A stretch of DNA of 32,000 bases, taken from assembly GCF_000008465.1 (NCBI RefSeq), contig NC_006512.1, positions 2,430,001 through 2,462,000 on the forward strand, read 5' to 3'. A program made the translations under genes and the position numbers. The notes beneath the pieces were generated by a model, which saw only the letters and a program-made list of their open reading frames with translations, was not told the origin of the DNA and searched no databases. The DNA is from Idiomarina loihiensis L2TR (GTDB lineage: Bacteria; Pseudomonadota; Gammaproteobacteria; Enterobacterales; Alteromonadaceae). How positions within the stretch are numbered: position 1 is the stretch's first letter; every line of letters starts with the position of its first letter. Positions 1-11,622 of this stretch are shown piece after piece.

Positions 1-813
1 GTTCGCAAACAACGAAGCATTTTCGTATTCTGCGTCACCAACATGAAAGCTCTGTCTGTCAAAGGTCTCTTCTCTTGGATCGGGATCGCCATTTGGTAGT
101 TCTGGATACTGTTGGCGCGGATCGGGGCCAGCACGATTGGTTCTGTTTTTATGATGCAACTCGCCAGACAGAGTTAGTGCACCGTCGCTTCCAATAGCAA
201 ACCCGGAGCTGGCAGAAAGTTTCCATTGCTCGCCATCACCTTTATAGGTTTGGCCACCTTGTATACTGGCATTGCCGCCACTGGCATTGTCTTTCAAAAC
301 GATATTGATAACACCAGCGATAGCATCTGAACCGTATAAAGCCGCGGCGCCGTCCCGCAAGACTTCAATACGTTTTATTGCCGCCATAGGAATAGCATTC
401 AAATCCACGTTTGAACTGCCTCTTCCTGTTGTTCCGCTTAAATGAACTAAGGCTGACTTGTGACGTCTTTTACCGTTAATGAGTACTAATGTGTGATCCG
501 GAGACAGGCCTCTTAAAGAAGCCGGACGAACTGCATCTGTGCCGTCTGTAACCGATGATGATGGAAAATTAAAGCTAGGTACCGCGTACTGAAGAGCTTT
601 AGCGGTTTCAGTAATTCCTGTCGCGGCTAAGTCCTCTCCACTAATGATGTCCACTGGTGCAGCGCCGTCTGTTGCCGTTCTCATCGATAATCGGGAACCT
701 ACAACCTGAATCACTTCTTCTACGTCTTGCGCAGAATCTTGTTGCGCTGACGCAACTGGCGTAATGAAAAATGAGCTCGCCAAAGCAAGCGTAATAGCAT
801 TGAAACGTTTCAT
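1..813 (-). CDS. TonB-dependent receptor, N-terminal part (gene continues past the window start)
   Basis: Missing from the ORF track because it runs off the edge. My reverse-complement translation from the ATG at 813-811 reads MKRFNAITLALASSFFITPVASAQQDSAQDVEEVIQVVGSRLSMRTATDGAAPVDIISGEDLAATGITETAKALQYAVPSFNF... This is a signal peptide, a TonB-box-like segment and plug-domain motifs. A GGGAGAG RBS lies just upstream. Confidence 0.8.
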   Translation of the reverse strand, partial: MKRFNAITLALASSFFITPVASAQQDSAQDVEEVIQVVGSRLSMRTATDGAAPVDIISGEDLAATGITETAKALQYAVPSFNFPSSSVTDGTDAVRPASLRGLSPDHTLVLINGKRRHKSALVHLSGTTGRGSSNVDLNAIPMAAIKRIEVLRDGAAALYGSDAIAGVINIVLKDNASGGNASIQGGQTYKGDGEQWKLSASSGFAIGSDGALTLSGELHHKNRTNRAGPDPRQQYPELPNGDPDPREETFDRQSFHVGDAEYENASLFAN

Positions 814-905
814 ACTGCTCTCCCTATAATTATTACAGTGAATATAGCAGTAAATTGACAGTTTGGTTCAGTCTGGAAAGCAATTAGGTATAAGCAAACG
901 TTATA

Positions 906-931
906 GTAGCCTGATGCTCTTGCATCAGGTG
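906..931. repeat. REP-like hairpin copy A (inverted orientation): GTAGCCTGATG-CTCTTG-CATCAGGTG
   Basis: Its reverse complement, CACCTGATG-CAAGAG-CATCAGGCTAC, has the same arms and the same GGCTAC tail as the copies at 963-979/2360-2368 and 2608-2631. Confidence 0.6.
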
Positions 932-962
932 GGGTGGTAAAGGAGTAAAGCCTCAGGGAGCT

Positions 963-979
963 CACCTGACGTGAACGTC
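963..979. repeat. Left half of REP-like hairpin copy B, split by the IS (CACCTGACG-TGAA-CGTC)
   Basis: Joined to 2360-2368, with one copy of the shared TC, it reconstructs CACCTGACG-TGAA-CGTCAGGCTAC. That is a perfect 7-bp stem of the same family as copy C. Confidence 0.6.
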
Positions 980-983
980 ATAT

Positions 984-996
984 ATGGTCCCCTCCC
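984..996. repeat. Subterminal inverted repeat at the recombinase 3' end (ATGGTCCCCTCCC)
   Basis: Exact reverse complement of 2343-2355. Confidence 0.9.
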
Positions 997-1242
997 GTTT
1001 TGCAACGGCAACTCGTGGTAAATGTCGGGGCGCTCGCATATATACGGCCTGTTTATGGTGCGCGCTTTGCGCACCTGGCCTGGATGAACTCCGCACGACA
1101 ACTGGCTTATCAGGCTAACGTACTTTATGTACGGACGTTCAACAGTCTCAGTTGTCGTCGGTTTACCCTATTTTACCATCCTGTTGACGTTTGCAACTCC
1201 CGGAAGGAATGAACCTTCGCTGTGCTCTTTTACTGAATGCTG
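984..1242 (-). ncRNA. Candidate bridge RNA region of the IS (3' of the recombinase), including a target-binding-loop-like stem-loop at 1091-1161
   Basis: In recombinase sense, CCGACGACAACUG pairs with CAGUUGUCGUGCGG (10 bp, a 1-nt bulge, then 3 bp) and closes a 44-nt loop with an inner hairpin CGUAC-AUAAA-GUACG. The 5' side of the loop contains UGAACGUC, identical to the plus-strand flank at 972-979. The 3' side contains UAGCCUGAU, the reverse complement of the flank at 2359-2367. No covariance model was run. Confidence 0.5.
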
Positions 1243-2274
1243 TTAAGCAGCAGTCATCCGGTAATCTTCTTTATTCTTTAACATCGCCCAGATTATCCGG
1301 GCGTGCTTGTTAGCCAGTGCCACCGCTGCAACGTTGTTGCCTCTGCGTTTAGCGACATCCTGTGCCCAGAGGCTCAGCCTGTCGTGGCGCTGTTGTGCCA
1401 CCCGCAGTGCCGAGCGGGCGCCATGCACCAGCAGTGTCCTGAGTTTGGTGTTCCCTTTTTTGGTAATACCGCCTAAACGGTCTTTACCGCCACTGCTGTT
1501 TTGCCGTGGTACCAGTCCCAGGTATTCCGACAGGTTGCGGCCGCGTTTAAATTCACTCACATCACCTATCAGTGCCAGCAGCGAGGTCGCTGTTATCGGT
1601 CCGATACCCGGCAGGGTCATCAGCCGCTGACTGTCTTCATTCCTTTCGGCCTGTGTCGCTAAGTGCTTATCCAGCGCTTTAACTTCTTCATCCACCGCTC
1701 GCAGCATCTGATAGAGCCGGTTGATGAGGTCCCGTGACTGAAGCGTCAGCGCATTGCTGTCGTCTTCCAGTACCTCCGGTACTCTCTGTAATATCGTACC
1801 GACTCGCTTCGGTAAAAGAATGCCGTATTCGGCCAGTTGCCCCCGCAACCTATTCGAGAACTGCGTTCTCGTCTGCACGAAGCCTTCCCGCTGATTGACC
1901 ATCAATGCTAAGTCCTGCTGCTCAATGCTTTTCAGCCTGACCGTCTGACGGTTGGGTCGTGATGCCGCCTCGGCTATTGCCCGGGCGTCATTCGCATCGT
2001 TCTTCTCACCCTGCAGGTACGCTTTGACGAAACGCGGTGGCAACGCCACCGTTTTATAACCCAGCTTTTCACATTCGCGGCGCCAGTAATGACTCATGCC
2101 GCAGGACTCAACCGCTACTTCACAGTCATCCGTACGGCTCAGCGTCGCCAGCTTCGCTAACACTTTATTGCTGCGCAGTTTTTTATTAAAAACTTCCTGC
2201 TCATTTTCATCCAGCGCCAAAACCTGAATAAAATCCTTTGCCAAATCCAGGGCAATTCTGTTTACAATAGCCAT
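1243..2274 (-). CDS. IS110-family transposase/recombinase (343 aa from MAIVNRIALDLAKD...)
   Basis: The N-terminal DEDD-type RuvC-like region (LDLAKD, VESCG, NDANDA) and the C-terminal LPGIGPITATSLLA...SGG...GITKKGN region are typical of IS110/IS1111 enzymes. A GGAGAGG RBS precedes the ATG at 2274-2272. The start is trimmed from the 370-aa track ORF. Confidence 0.9.
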   Translation of the reverse strand: MAIVNRIALDLAKDFIQVLALDENEQEVFNKKLRSNKVLAKLATLSRTDDCEVAVESCGMSHYWRRECEKLGYKTVALPPRFVKAYLQGEKNDANDARAIAEAASRPNRQTVRLKSIEQQDLALMVNQREGFVQTRTQFSNRLRGQLAEYGILLPKRVGTILQRVPEVLEDDSNALTLQSRDLINRLYQMLRAVDEEVKALDKHLATQAERNEDSQRLMTLPGIGPITATSLLALIGDVSEFKRGRNLSEYLGLVPRQNSSGGKDRLGGITKKGNTKLRTLLVHGARSALRVAQQRHDRLSLWAQDVAKRRGNNVAAVALANKHARIIWAMLKNKEDYRMTAA

Positions 2275-2342
2275 TGGTCCTCTCCACTCTGTTCTATAGA
2301 AGCTTGAACCTCTATATTGGCACATTGCGATGCCGCTTAGGA

Positions 2343-2355
2343 GGGAGGGGACCAT
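2343..2355. repeat. Subterminal inverted repeat at the recombinase 5' end (GGGAGGGGACCAT)
   Basis: Exact reverse complement of 984-996. Confidence 0.9.
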
Positions 2356-2359
2356 CTCA

Positions 2360-2368
2360 TCAGGCTAC
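2360..2368. repeat. Right half of REP-like hairpin copy B (TCAGGCTAC)
   Basis: Matches the CATCAGGCTAC arm and tail of copies A and C, and completes the hairpin begun at 963-979. Confidence 0.6.
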
Positions 2369-2379
2369 CCAGCAGGCAT

Positions 2380-2410
2380 AAAAAAACCCCAGCCGATTGG
2401 GCTGGGGTTA
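2380..2410 (-). terminator. Rho-independent terminator of the rrn operon
   Basis: The minus strand reads AACCCCAGCC-CAAT-CGGCTGGGG followed by TTTTTTT, immediately 3' of the 5S rRNA. Confidence 0.8.
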
Positions 2411-2420
2411 TTTATTTGTA

Positions 2421-2538
2421 GTCTGGCGGTGACCTACTCTCGCATGGGGAGACCCCACACTACCATCGGCGCTGGTGTGTTTCACTTCTGAGTTCGGAAT
2501 GGATTCAGGTGGTGCCACACCGCTATGGCCGCCAGACA
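2421..2538 (-). rRNA. rrf: 5S ribosomal RNA
   Basis: The reverse complement reads TGTCTGGCGGCCATAGCGGTGTGGCACCACCTGAATCCATTCCGAACTCAGAAGTGAAAC...GCGAGAGTAGGTCACCGCCAGAC, the canonical gammaproteobacterial 5S sequence. Confidence 0.9.
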
Positions 2539-2607
2539 TAAACTGTCACAACATGTAAAAACTGACTGCTTTTTTAAGTAAAAGCCACTCTGTTGAATTC
2601 ACTATCT

Positions 2608-2631
2608 CACCTGATGTGAACATCAGGCTAC
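2608..2631. repeat. REP-like hairpin copy C in the 23S-5S spacer (CACCTGATG-TGAA-CATCAGGCTAC)
   Basis: Perfect 7-bp stem CCTGATG/CATCAGG. Same family as copies A and B, in the same orientation as B. Confidence 0.65.
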
Positions 2632-2687
2632 TTATTCGGTAAAGTCGCTCGCTTGTGCGTAACGTCCCAAACACCTTGGGTGTTGTA

Positions 2688-5576
<2,889 letters not shown>

Positions 5577-5715
5577 ATACAACCCGAAGGTGTCTGGCAT
5601 ACGTGACCAAGATTGTTTGTTCTCGCTGTACACAAGTTCGATACGCCTCTACCAAATCAGTTTGTTCAAGTAGAGTGGCATTTCTTACTTCTAATATTAC
5701 AATCAGCTTTTCATG

Positions 5716-5728
5716 TTGTTAAAGAGCA
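5716..5728 (-). promoter_or_regulatory. boxA antitermination element in the spacer upstream of 23S
   Basis: The minus strand reads TGCTCTTTAACAA, identical to the E. coli rrn boxA consensus. Confidence 0.7.
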
Positions 5729-5799
5729 CGTAACACTGAGTTACCGGTAAATATTCTTGTTTAAGAACACTTAACGCTAACGGTTACGAAGAGAAGAAA

Positions 5800-5875
5800 T
5801 GGTGGAGCCAAGCGGGATCGAACCGCTGACCTCCTGCGTGCAAGGCAGGCGCTCTCCCAGCTGAGCTATGGCCCC
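5800..5875 (-). tRNA. tRNA-Ala (anticodon TGC)
   Basis: The reverse complement is GGGGCCATAGCTCAGCTGGGAGAGCGCCTGCCTTGCACGCAGGAGGTCAGCGGTTCGATCCCGCTTGGCTCCACCA. It has the G3:U70 alanine identity pair, a TGC anticodon and an encoded CCA. Confidence 0.95.
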
Positions 5876-6134
5876 AGAATGCTTGCCTGAAGCTTCGATA
5901 GCGGCGTTGCGCGATTCGTTCAATCAGTCACATACCATCGAGGTATGCTCCTTCAATCATTCAACGTGCGCCTTGCTCTCAAAGCTTCATGCTGCGCGTG
6001 CTGACATCGGGGAAAACCCTCTTCTCAACATCGCGGCAGCCCTGACAAGGGAATTTCAAGGTTAGGCAAGGCGAGAGGGTGCAAAGCATACATCAGTATG
6101 CGAGTACCCGAACAACGCAGCATAACCGCAGAAA

Positions 6135-6211
<77 letters not shown>

Positions 6212-6331
6212 AGTTTTCTTCTCTGTCTATATCAAGCCTGCAAACTGTGTGGACACTTACTCACACGGATGTGAGGTAGACAAAAAATGCAGGACGCAAT
6301 TTTTTGTGTACACAAAAGATAAGCTGTTTTG

Positions 6332-7873
<1,542 letters not shown>

Positions 7874-8022
7874 AAAAGTAGTTCAATCAACTCAATGAAT
7901 TACGCGTTTTTGCTTGGCTTCTTTCGAAACCTTGCTGAACACTCATTCAAAAGTTGCAATACAAATATTTCGTTTTGCTTAACTTCTGCAAGTGCCCACA
8001 CAGTTTGCTTGGCTTGATATAA

Positions 8023-8035
8023 TTGTTAAAGAGCG
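8023..8035 (-). promoter_or_regulatory. boxA antitermination element in the rrn leader
   Basis: The minus strand reads CGCTCTTTAACAA, 12/13 to the consensus TGCTCTTTAACAA. It lies between the promoters and 16S. Confidence 0.65.
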
Positions 8036-8067
8036 TTTCTCAGCAACCTTGGCTGCGAGAGGTGCGT

Positions 8068-8095
8068 ATTCTACACACCGTGTGTTTTCCGTCAA
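8068..8095 (-). promoter_or_regulatory. rrn promoter P2 (sigma70)
   Basis: The minus strand reads TTGACG-N16-TAGAAT followed by the GC-rich discriminator ACGCACC. An A/T-rich UP-like tract lies just upstream at 8097-8125. Confidence 0.6.
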
Positions 8096-8170
8096 TACTT
8101 TTTTGAAAAAAGATTTTTTAGAAAACTTAGGTTTTCGGCGGCTTCGTTGCCTGCCTTGAACGTGGAGCGC

Positions 8171-8198
8171 ATTTTAGAGATTTAACTCGTCCCGTCAA
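8171..8198 (-). promoter_or_regulatory. rrn promoter P1 (sigma70)
   Basis: The minus strand reads TTGACG-N16-TAAAAT followed by the GC-rich discriminator GCGCTCC, the classic rrn promoter layout. Confidence 0.6.
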
Positions 8199-8356
8199 GC
8201 GCTTTTAGCACCTTTCTAACTGTTTTTTTACTGACTGCGTAAAGTTTCAGCAAATGTGATCAAATCCAACATAAATAAAGGGCGTTGGCACATAAAGGCA
8301 TTGATGCGTAAAATAGAAGCCTGACTAATTACTGGCAAATATGGCGTAACCTCATA

Positions 8357-9457
8357 ATGACTTACAAACGAATCGATACATCTGAATACCCACAACAACT
8401 CGCACAGAAGGCAGACCGGGTTAGAGAGATGTTTCGTCCTTTTCACCTTAATGAAGTGGAAGTGTTTGAATCGCCCGCCAGTCACTACAGAATGCGTGCT
8501 GAGTTTCGAGTTTGGCACGAAGGCGATGACTTATACTACATTATGTTTAACCCTGAGACGCGTGAAAAAATCCGCATGAATGAATTCATACCAGGGAGCC
8601 TGCTTATTAATGAACTAATGAAAGAGCTTATTAGTTTATTAAAGCCGAATGATGTTTTACGTCGCAAACTGTTTCAAGTGGATTTCCTGACTACCACCAC
8701 CGGTGAAGCCATTATCTCTTTACTCTATCATCGCCCTTTAGATGACCAATGGGAACAGGAAGCCATCCAACTTCGCGAAGCGCTGACCTCTATAGCTAAG
8801 GTTGAAGTTATAGGAAGAGCTCGTAAGCAAAAACGCGTGTTATATAAAGAAAGCGTCACTGAAGAAGTTAAGGTTGATGGAAAAAGCTATCTGTCTCTAC
8901 AAACCGAGAACAGCTTCACTCAGCCAAATGCCATTATTAATCAGCAAATGATCAGTTGGGCTAAACGCCACGCGGGCAACAATTCGCATGACTTATTAGA
9001 GCTCTACTGCGGCAACGGCAATTTTACCTTACCGCTGGCTGAGAACTTTAATCGCGTTTTAGCTACTGAAATTAGCAAAAGTTCTGTTGCGGCGGCTCGC
9101 GAGAACGCAGAATTGAACAATATTAAAAATGTCACCGTTGTTCGTATGTCTGCCGAGGAGTTTAGTGCAGCGTTAAGTGGAGAGCTGGAATCTAAACGAG
9201 CGGCTGATGCTGAGATTCACAGTTTTGATTGTCAAACCGTATTGGTTGATCCACCCAGAGCGGGTTTAGATAAAGACACGTTGAAGCTGGTGTCTCAGTA
9301 TCAAAGAATAATTTATATTTCCTGTAACCCGGAAACTTTGACAGAGAACATTCATGATTTATCCAGTAGCCATAAAGTGACTGCAGCGGCAATGTTCGAT
9401 CAGTTTCCCTACACAGACCACATTGAAACGGGCGTTGTTCTGGAAAGGAAGAGTTAA
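8357..9457 (+). CDS. trmA: tRNA (uracil54-C5)-methyltransferase
   Basis: 366 aa. The N-terminus aligns with E. coli TrmA (…SPASHYRMRAEFRVWHEGDDLYYIMFN…). SAM motif LLELYCGNGNFTLPLA and catalytic region VLVDPPRAGL...YISCNP are present. Confidence 0.9.
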   Translation: MTYKRIDTSEYPQQLAQKADRVREMFRPFHLNEVEVFESPASHYRMRAEFRVWHEGDDLYYIMFNPETREKIRMNEFIPGSLLINELMKELISLLKPNDVLRRKLFQVDFLTTTTGEAIISLLYHRPLDDQWEQEAIQLREALTSIAKVEVIGRARKQKRVLYKESVTEEVKVDGKSYLSLQTENSFTQPNAIINQQMISWAKRHAGNNSHDLLELYCGNGNFTLPLAENFNRVLATEISKSSVAAARENAELNNIKNVTVVRMSAEEFSAALSGELESKRAADAEIHSFDCQTVLVDPPRAGLDKDTLKLVSQYQRIIYISCNPETLTENIHDLSSSHKVTAAAMFDQFPYTDHIETGVVLERKS

Positions 9458-9879
9458 CCTTGAACGGGCTCTTCAGCCACCGAGGAAAAATTAAGCTTGC
9501 GGCTTAAGCGAAGGTTCGAGACATGGGCATAAATAATGAGACCGGCACCAAATAGAATAATGACAGGTTCACCCCAGTGTCCCAGAATATCGCGTTGAGA
9601 ATAGATAAATGCTCCTAGCAGTAACAATGACAGCAGGTGCCATTTACCGTGCTTCCGCGCACCACTAATAAGAGATAATAGCCCGATAACAACACTGAAG
9701 CCTAAAATGGTGTTTTCCAATAGGTCTTCGCCGATAAAGGCTAAACCCGCCATAGCGAGCAACGGCAGAATAACAGGCAGCAATAAGCAATGAATCGCAC
9801 ACAAAGTGGTGACCCAAATTCCTGCTTTATCCAAATTTTTGGATGCTGTTGCTGACATACTAGAAACGACCTTCTGCAT
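9454..9879 (-). CDS. MerC-domain inner-membrane protein
   Basis: 141 aa with four hydrophobic helices and a CAIHCLLLP motif typical of small MerC-domain proteins. No other mer genes are nearby. No good RBS; an alternative start exists at Met8. Confidence 0.6.
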   Translation of the reverse strand: MQKVVSSMSATASKNLDKAGIWVTTLCAIHCLLLPVILPLLAMAGLAFIGEDLLENTILGFSVVIGLLSLISGARKHGKWHLLSLLLLGAFIYSQRDILGHWGEPVIILFGAGLIIYAHVSNLRLSRKLNFSSVAEEPVQG

Positions 9880-9960
9880 AAACCTAAGCTGTAATATTAT
9901 AACATACGAAAAGAATAGCCAAGGGAGATCAGAAAAAATTGTTTTCTCAGGCGATACTGA

Positions 9961-10938
9961 TCAAGCAGTTTGAATAGAAAAAGGCAGCACTTCGGTTATT
10001 GATTTCGCCCCACAGGCAATCATTAGCAGCCGATCGAACCCTAGTGCTACGCCGGAACACGCGGGGAATCCCGACTCTAACGCCGCCAATAAACGAGTAT
10101 CTTCGGGTTGTGTGGGCAAATTCAGCTGTTTACGTCGTTGATTATCCTGGTCAAAACGCAGGCGTTGCTCAGCTGGATCAGCAAGCTCATTATAACCATT
10201 GGCCAATTCCACTCCCTGATAATAAAACTCAAATCTTCTGGAGACACGCGGATTATGCTGGTCAATTTTGGCCAAAGCAGCTTGCGACTTTGGAAACTCG
10301 GTGATGCAAATCGGTATCTCCGCAGGAAACTGGCCTTCTATTAATTCCGAAAATGCCACTTGAAGAATGGTATTTTCATCGTCTTCTTTTGACATCCAGT
10401 CCGTTAAAGCGGGTTGTTCAATAAGCTCTTGTCTGATGTTTTCAACACCGCAAGTCGTCAAAGGGTCTTCGCCAAGGTAATCAAGAAAACACTGCTGGTA
10501 GGTGATGACTTTAGTTTCCGGCGCGTCACAGACTTCAGTCAGCAGCTCTGAAACTTCAGCAATTAGCTGAATATCGTCGTACCCAACCCGGTACCACTCA
10601 AGTAAAGTAAATTCCGGATTATGGAAGCGCCCTATTTCGTCATCGCGCACCACATGGCTCAATTGATAAATATCTTTTCCATAGGCTGCAAGAATTCGCT
10701 TCATGGCGTATTCGGGAGAGGTCTGCAAATAGAGTGTTCTATTTCCTGAAGCCAGCGGATACTTGAATTCCGTGGTGAGATTATTCAGATGACAATCGGT
10801 TACCCCAAACTGGGACAACAAATGCGTATCGACTTCGGTTACCTTCCTTTCATAAAAAAACTGGCGGACTTGTCGCATGAAATCAGCGCGTTTAACAAGC
10901 ACTGACCAATCTGCTGCTGGCCGCCAGTCGGTCGTCAT
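9961..10938 (-). CDS. epmA: EF-P--(R)-beta-lysine ligase (PoxA/GenX)
   Basis: 325 aa. Truncated class II lysyl-tRNA-synthetase-like catalytic domain (RNPEFTLLEWY-type motif 2, GVALGFDRL motif 3). It sits 6 nt downstream of efp. Confidence 0.9.
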   Translation of the reverse strand: MTTDWRPAADWSVLVKRADFMRQVRQFFYERKVTEVDTHLLSQFGVTDCHLNNLTTEFKYPLASGNRTLYLQTSPEYAMKRILAAYGKDIYQLSHVVRDDEIGRFHNPEFTLLEWYRVGYDDIQLIAEVSELLTEVCDAPETKVITYQQCFLDYLGEDPLTTCGVENIRQELIEQPALTDWMSKEDDENTILQVAFSELIEGQFPAEIPICITEFPKSQAALAKIDQHNPRVSRRFEFYYQGVELANGYNELADPAEQRLRFDQDNQRRKQLNLPTQPEDTRLLAALESGFPACSGVALGFDRLLMIACGAKSITEVLPFSIQTA

Positions 10939-10944
10939 ATCTAT

Positions 10945-11514
10945 TTACTTTTGAACGCGGGAAACGTATTCGCCCGAGCGAGTATCAACTTTGATCACTT
11001 CGCCAATTTGTACGAATAACGGAACACGAACAACCGCGCCAGTGCTCAGTGTGGCAGGTTTACCGCCAGTACCGGCAGTATCACCTTTAAGTCCGGGGTC
11101 AGTTTCAGTAATTTCCAATTCAACAAAGTTTGGCGGCTGCACATTAATTGGCTTCCCTTCCCACAGAGTCAAAGTACAAACATCTTGTTCGACAAGCCAT
11201 TTCTCCGCTTCGCCTACCGCTTTCTCGTCGGCAGGAACTTGTTCAAAGGTTTCGTTATTCATAAAGTGCCAGAATTCACCATCGTTATAAAGATAAGACA
11301 GTTCCAACTCAATAACATCAGCGCCTTCAACGGATTCGCCCGACTTGAAGGTTTTCTCAACCACTTTACCGCTGATTAATTTGCGAATTTTAACGCGGTT
11401 AAAGGCCTGACCTTTACCGGGCTTAACCATTTCATTTTCAACGATCGAGCATGGCTCGCCGTCCTGCATGATTTTTAAACCACCTTTAAATTCACTCGTA
11501 CTATAATTCGCCAT
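10945..11514 (-). CDS. efp: Elongation factor P
   Basis: 189 aa from [46 protein letters not shown]. It contains the conserved PGKGQA loop with the modifiable lysine. The start is trimmed from the track ORF to the conserved N-terminus. Confidence 0.95.
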   Translation of the reverse strand: MANYSTSEFKGGLKIMQDGEPCSIVENEMVKPGKGQAFNRVKIRKLISGKVVEKTFKSGESVEGADVIELELSYLYNDGEFWHFMNNETFEQVPADEKAVGEAEKWLVEQDVCTLTLWEGKPINVQPPNFVELEITETDPGLKGDTAGTGGKPATLSTGAVVRVPLFVQIGEVIKVDTRSGEYVSRVQK

Positions 11515-11622
11515 AACAAGACTTTCCTTTGTAAATGCCTGATCATTTGCGCGCAATAATAAAACAAATAGCGACTTTTTTCAGGTAAAATATGGAGTAT
11601 TTGCAGCAGTCGCGGAGGCGTA

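Larger units (their letters stand above)
978..2361 (-). mobile_element. IS110-family insertion sequence, IS1111-like subgroup (about 1.38 kb), apparently intact
   Basis: 13-bp inverted repeats at 984-996 and 2343-2355 each sit 4 nt inside a TC dinucleotide (978-979 and 2360-2361). The element carries one DEDD-type recombinase gene, with a short (about 80 nt) 5' and a long (about 245 nt) 3' non-coding region. The flanks rejoin into a REP-like hairpin. Boundaries are good to a few nt. Confidence 0.85.

Noticed and set aside
814-977. Possible riboswitch (for example cobalamin) or Fur box upstream of the TonB-dependent receptor
   Set aside because: I recognised no B12-box or other riboswitch core. 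Only a weak AT-rich AATAATTAT stretch is present. The structured part of the region is explained by the REP-like hairpins.
1000-1630. Plus-strand ORFs 1000-1212 and 1307-1630 inside the IS
   Set aside because: The first lies in the structured 3' non-coding region, and the second is antisense to the recombinase gene. Neither has an RBS or a recognisable protein family.
2275-2355. 27-codon N-terminal extension of the IS recombinase, starting at an ATG inside the terminal inverted repeat
   Set aside because: The internal ATG at 2274 has a strong GGAGAGG RBS and yields the conserved MAIVNRIALDLAKD N-terminus. The extension shows no family features. The open frame from the IR is probably coincidental.
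5868-6065. 65-aa ORF in the tRNA-Ala/tRNA-Ile spacer
   Set aside because: It starts inside tRNA-Ala on the antisense strand of a pre-rRNA transcript, and has no RBS.
8228-8518. 96-aa minus-strand ORF overlapping the trmA start
   Set aside because: It is antisense to the conserved trmA N-terminus and its promoter region, and the sequence is low-complexity.
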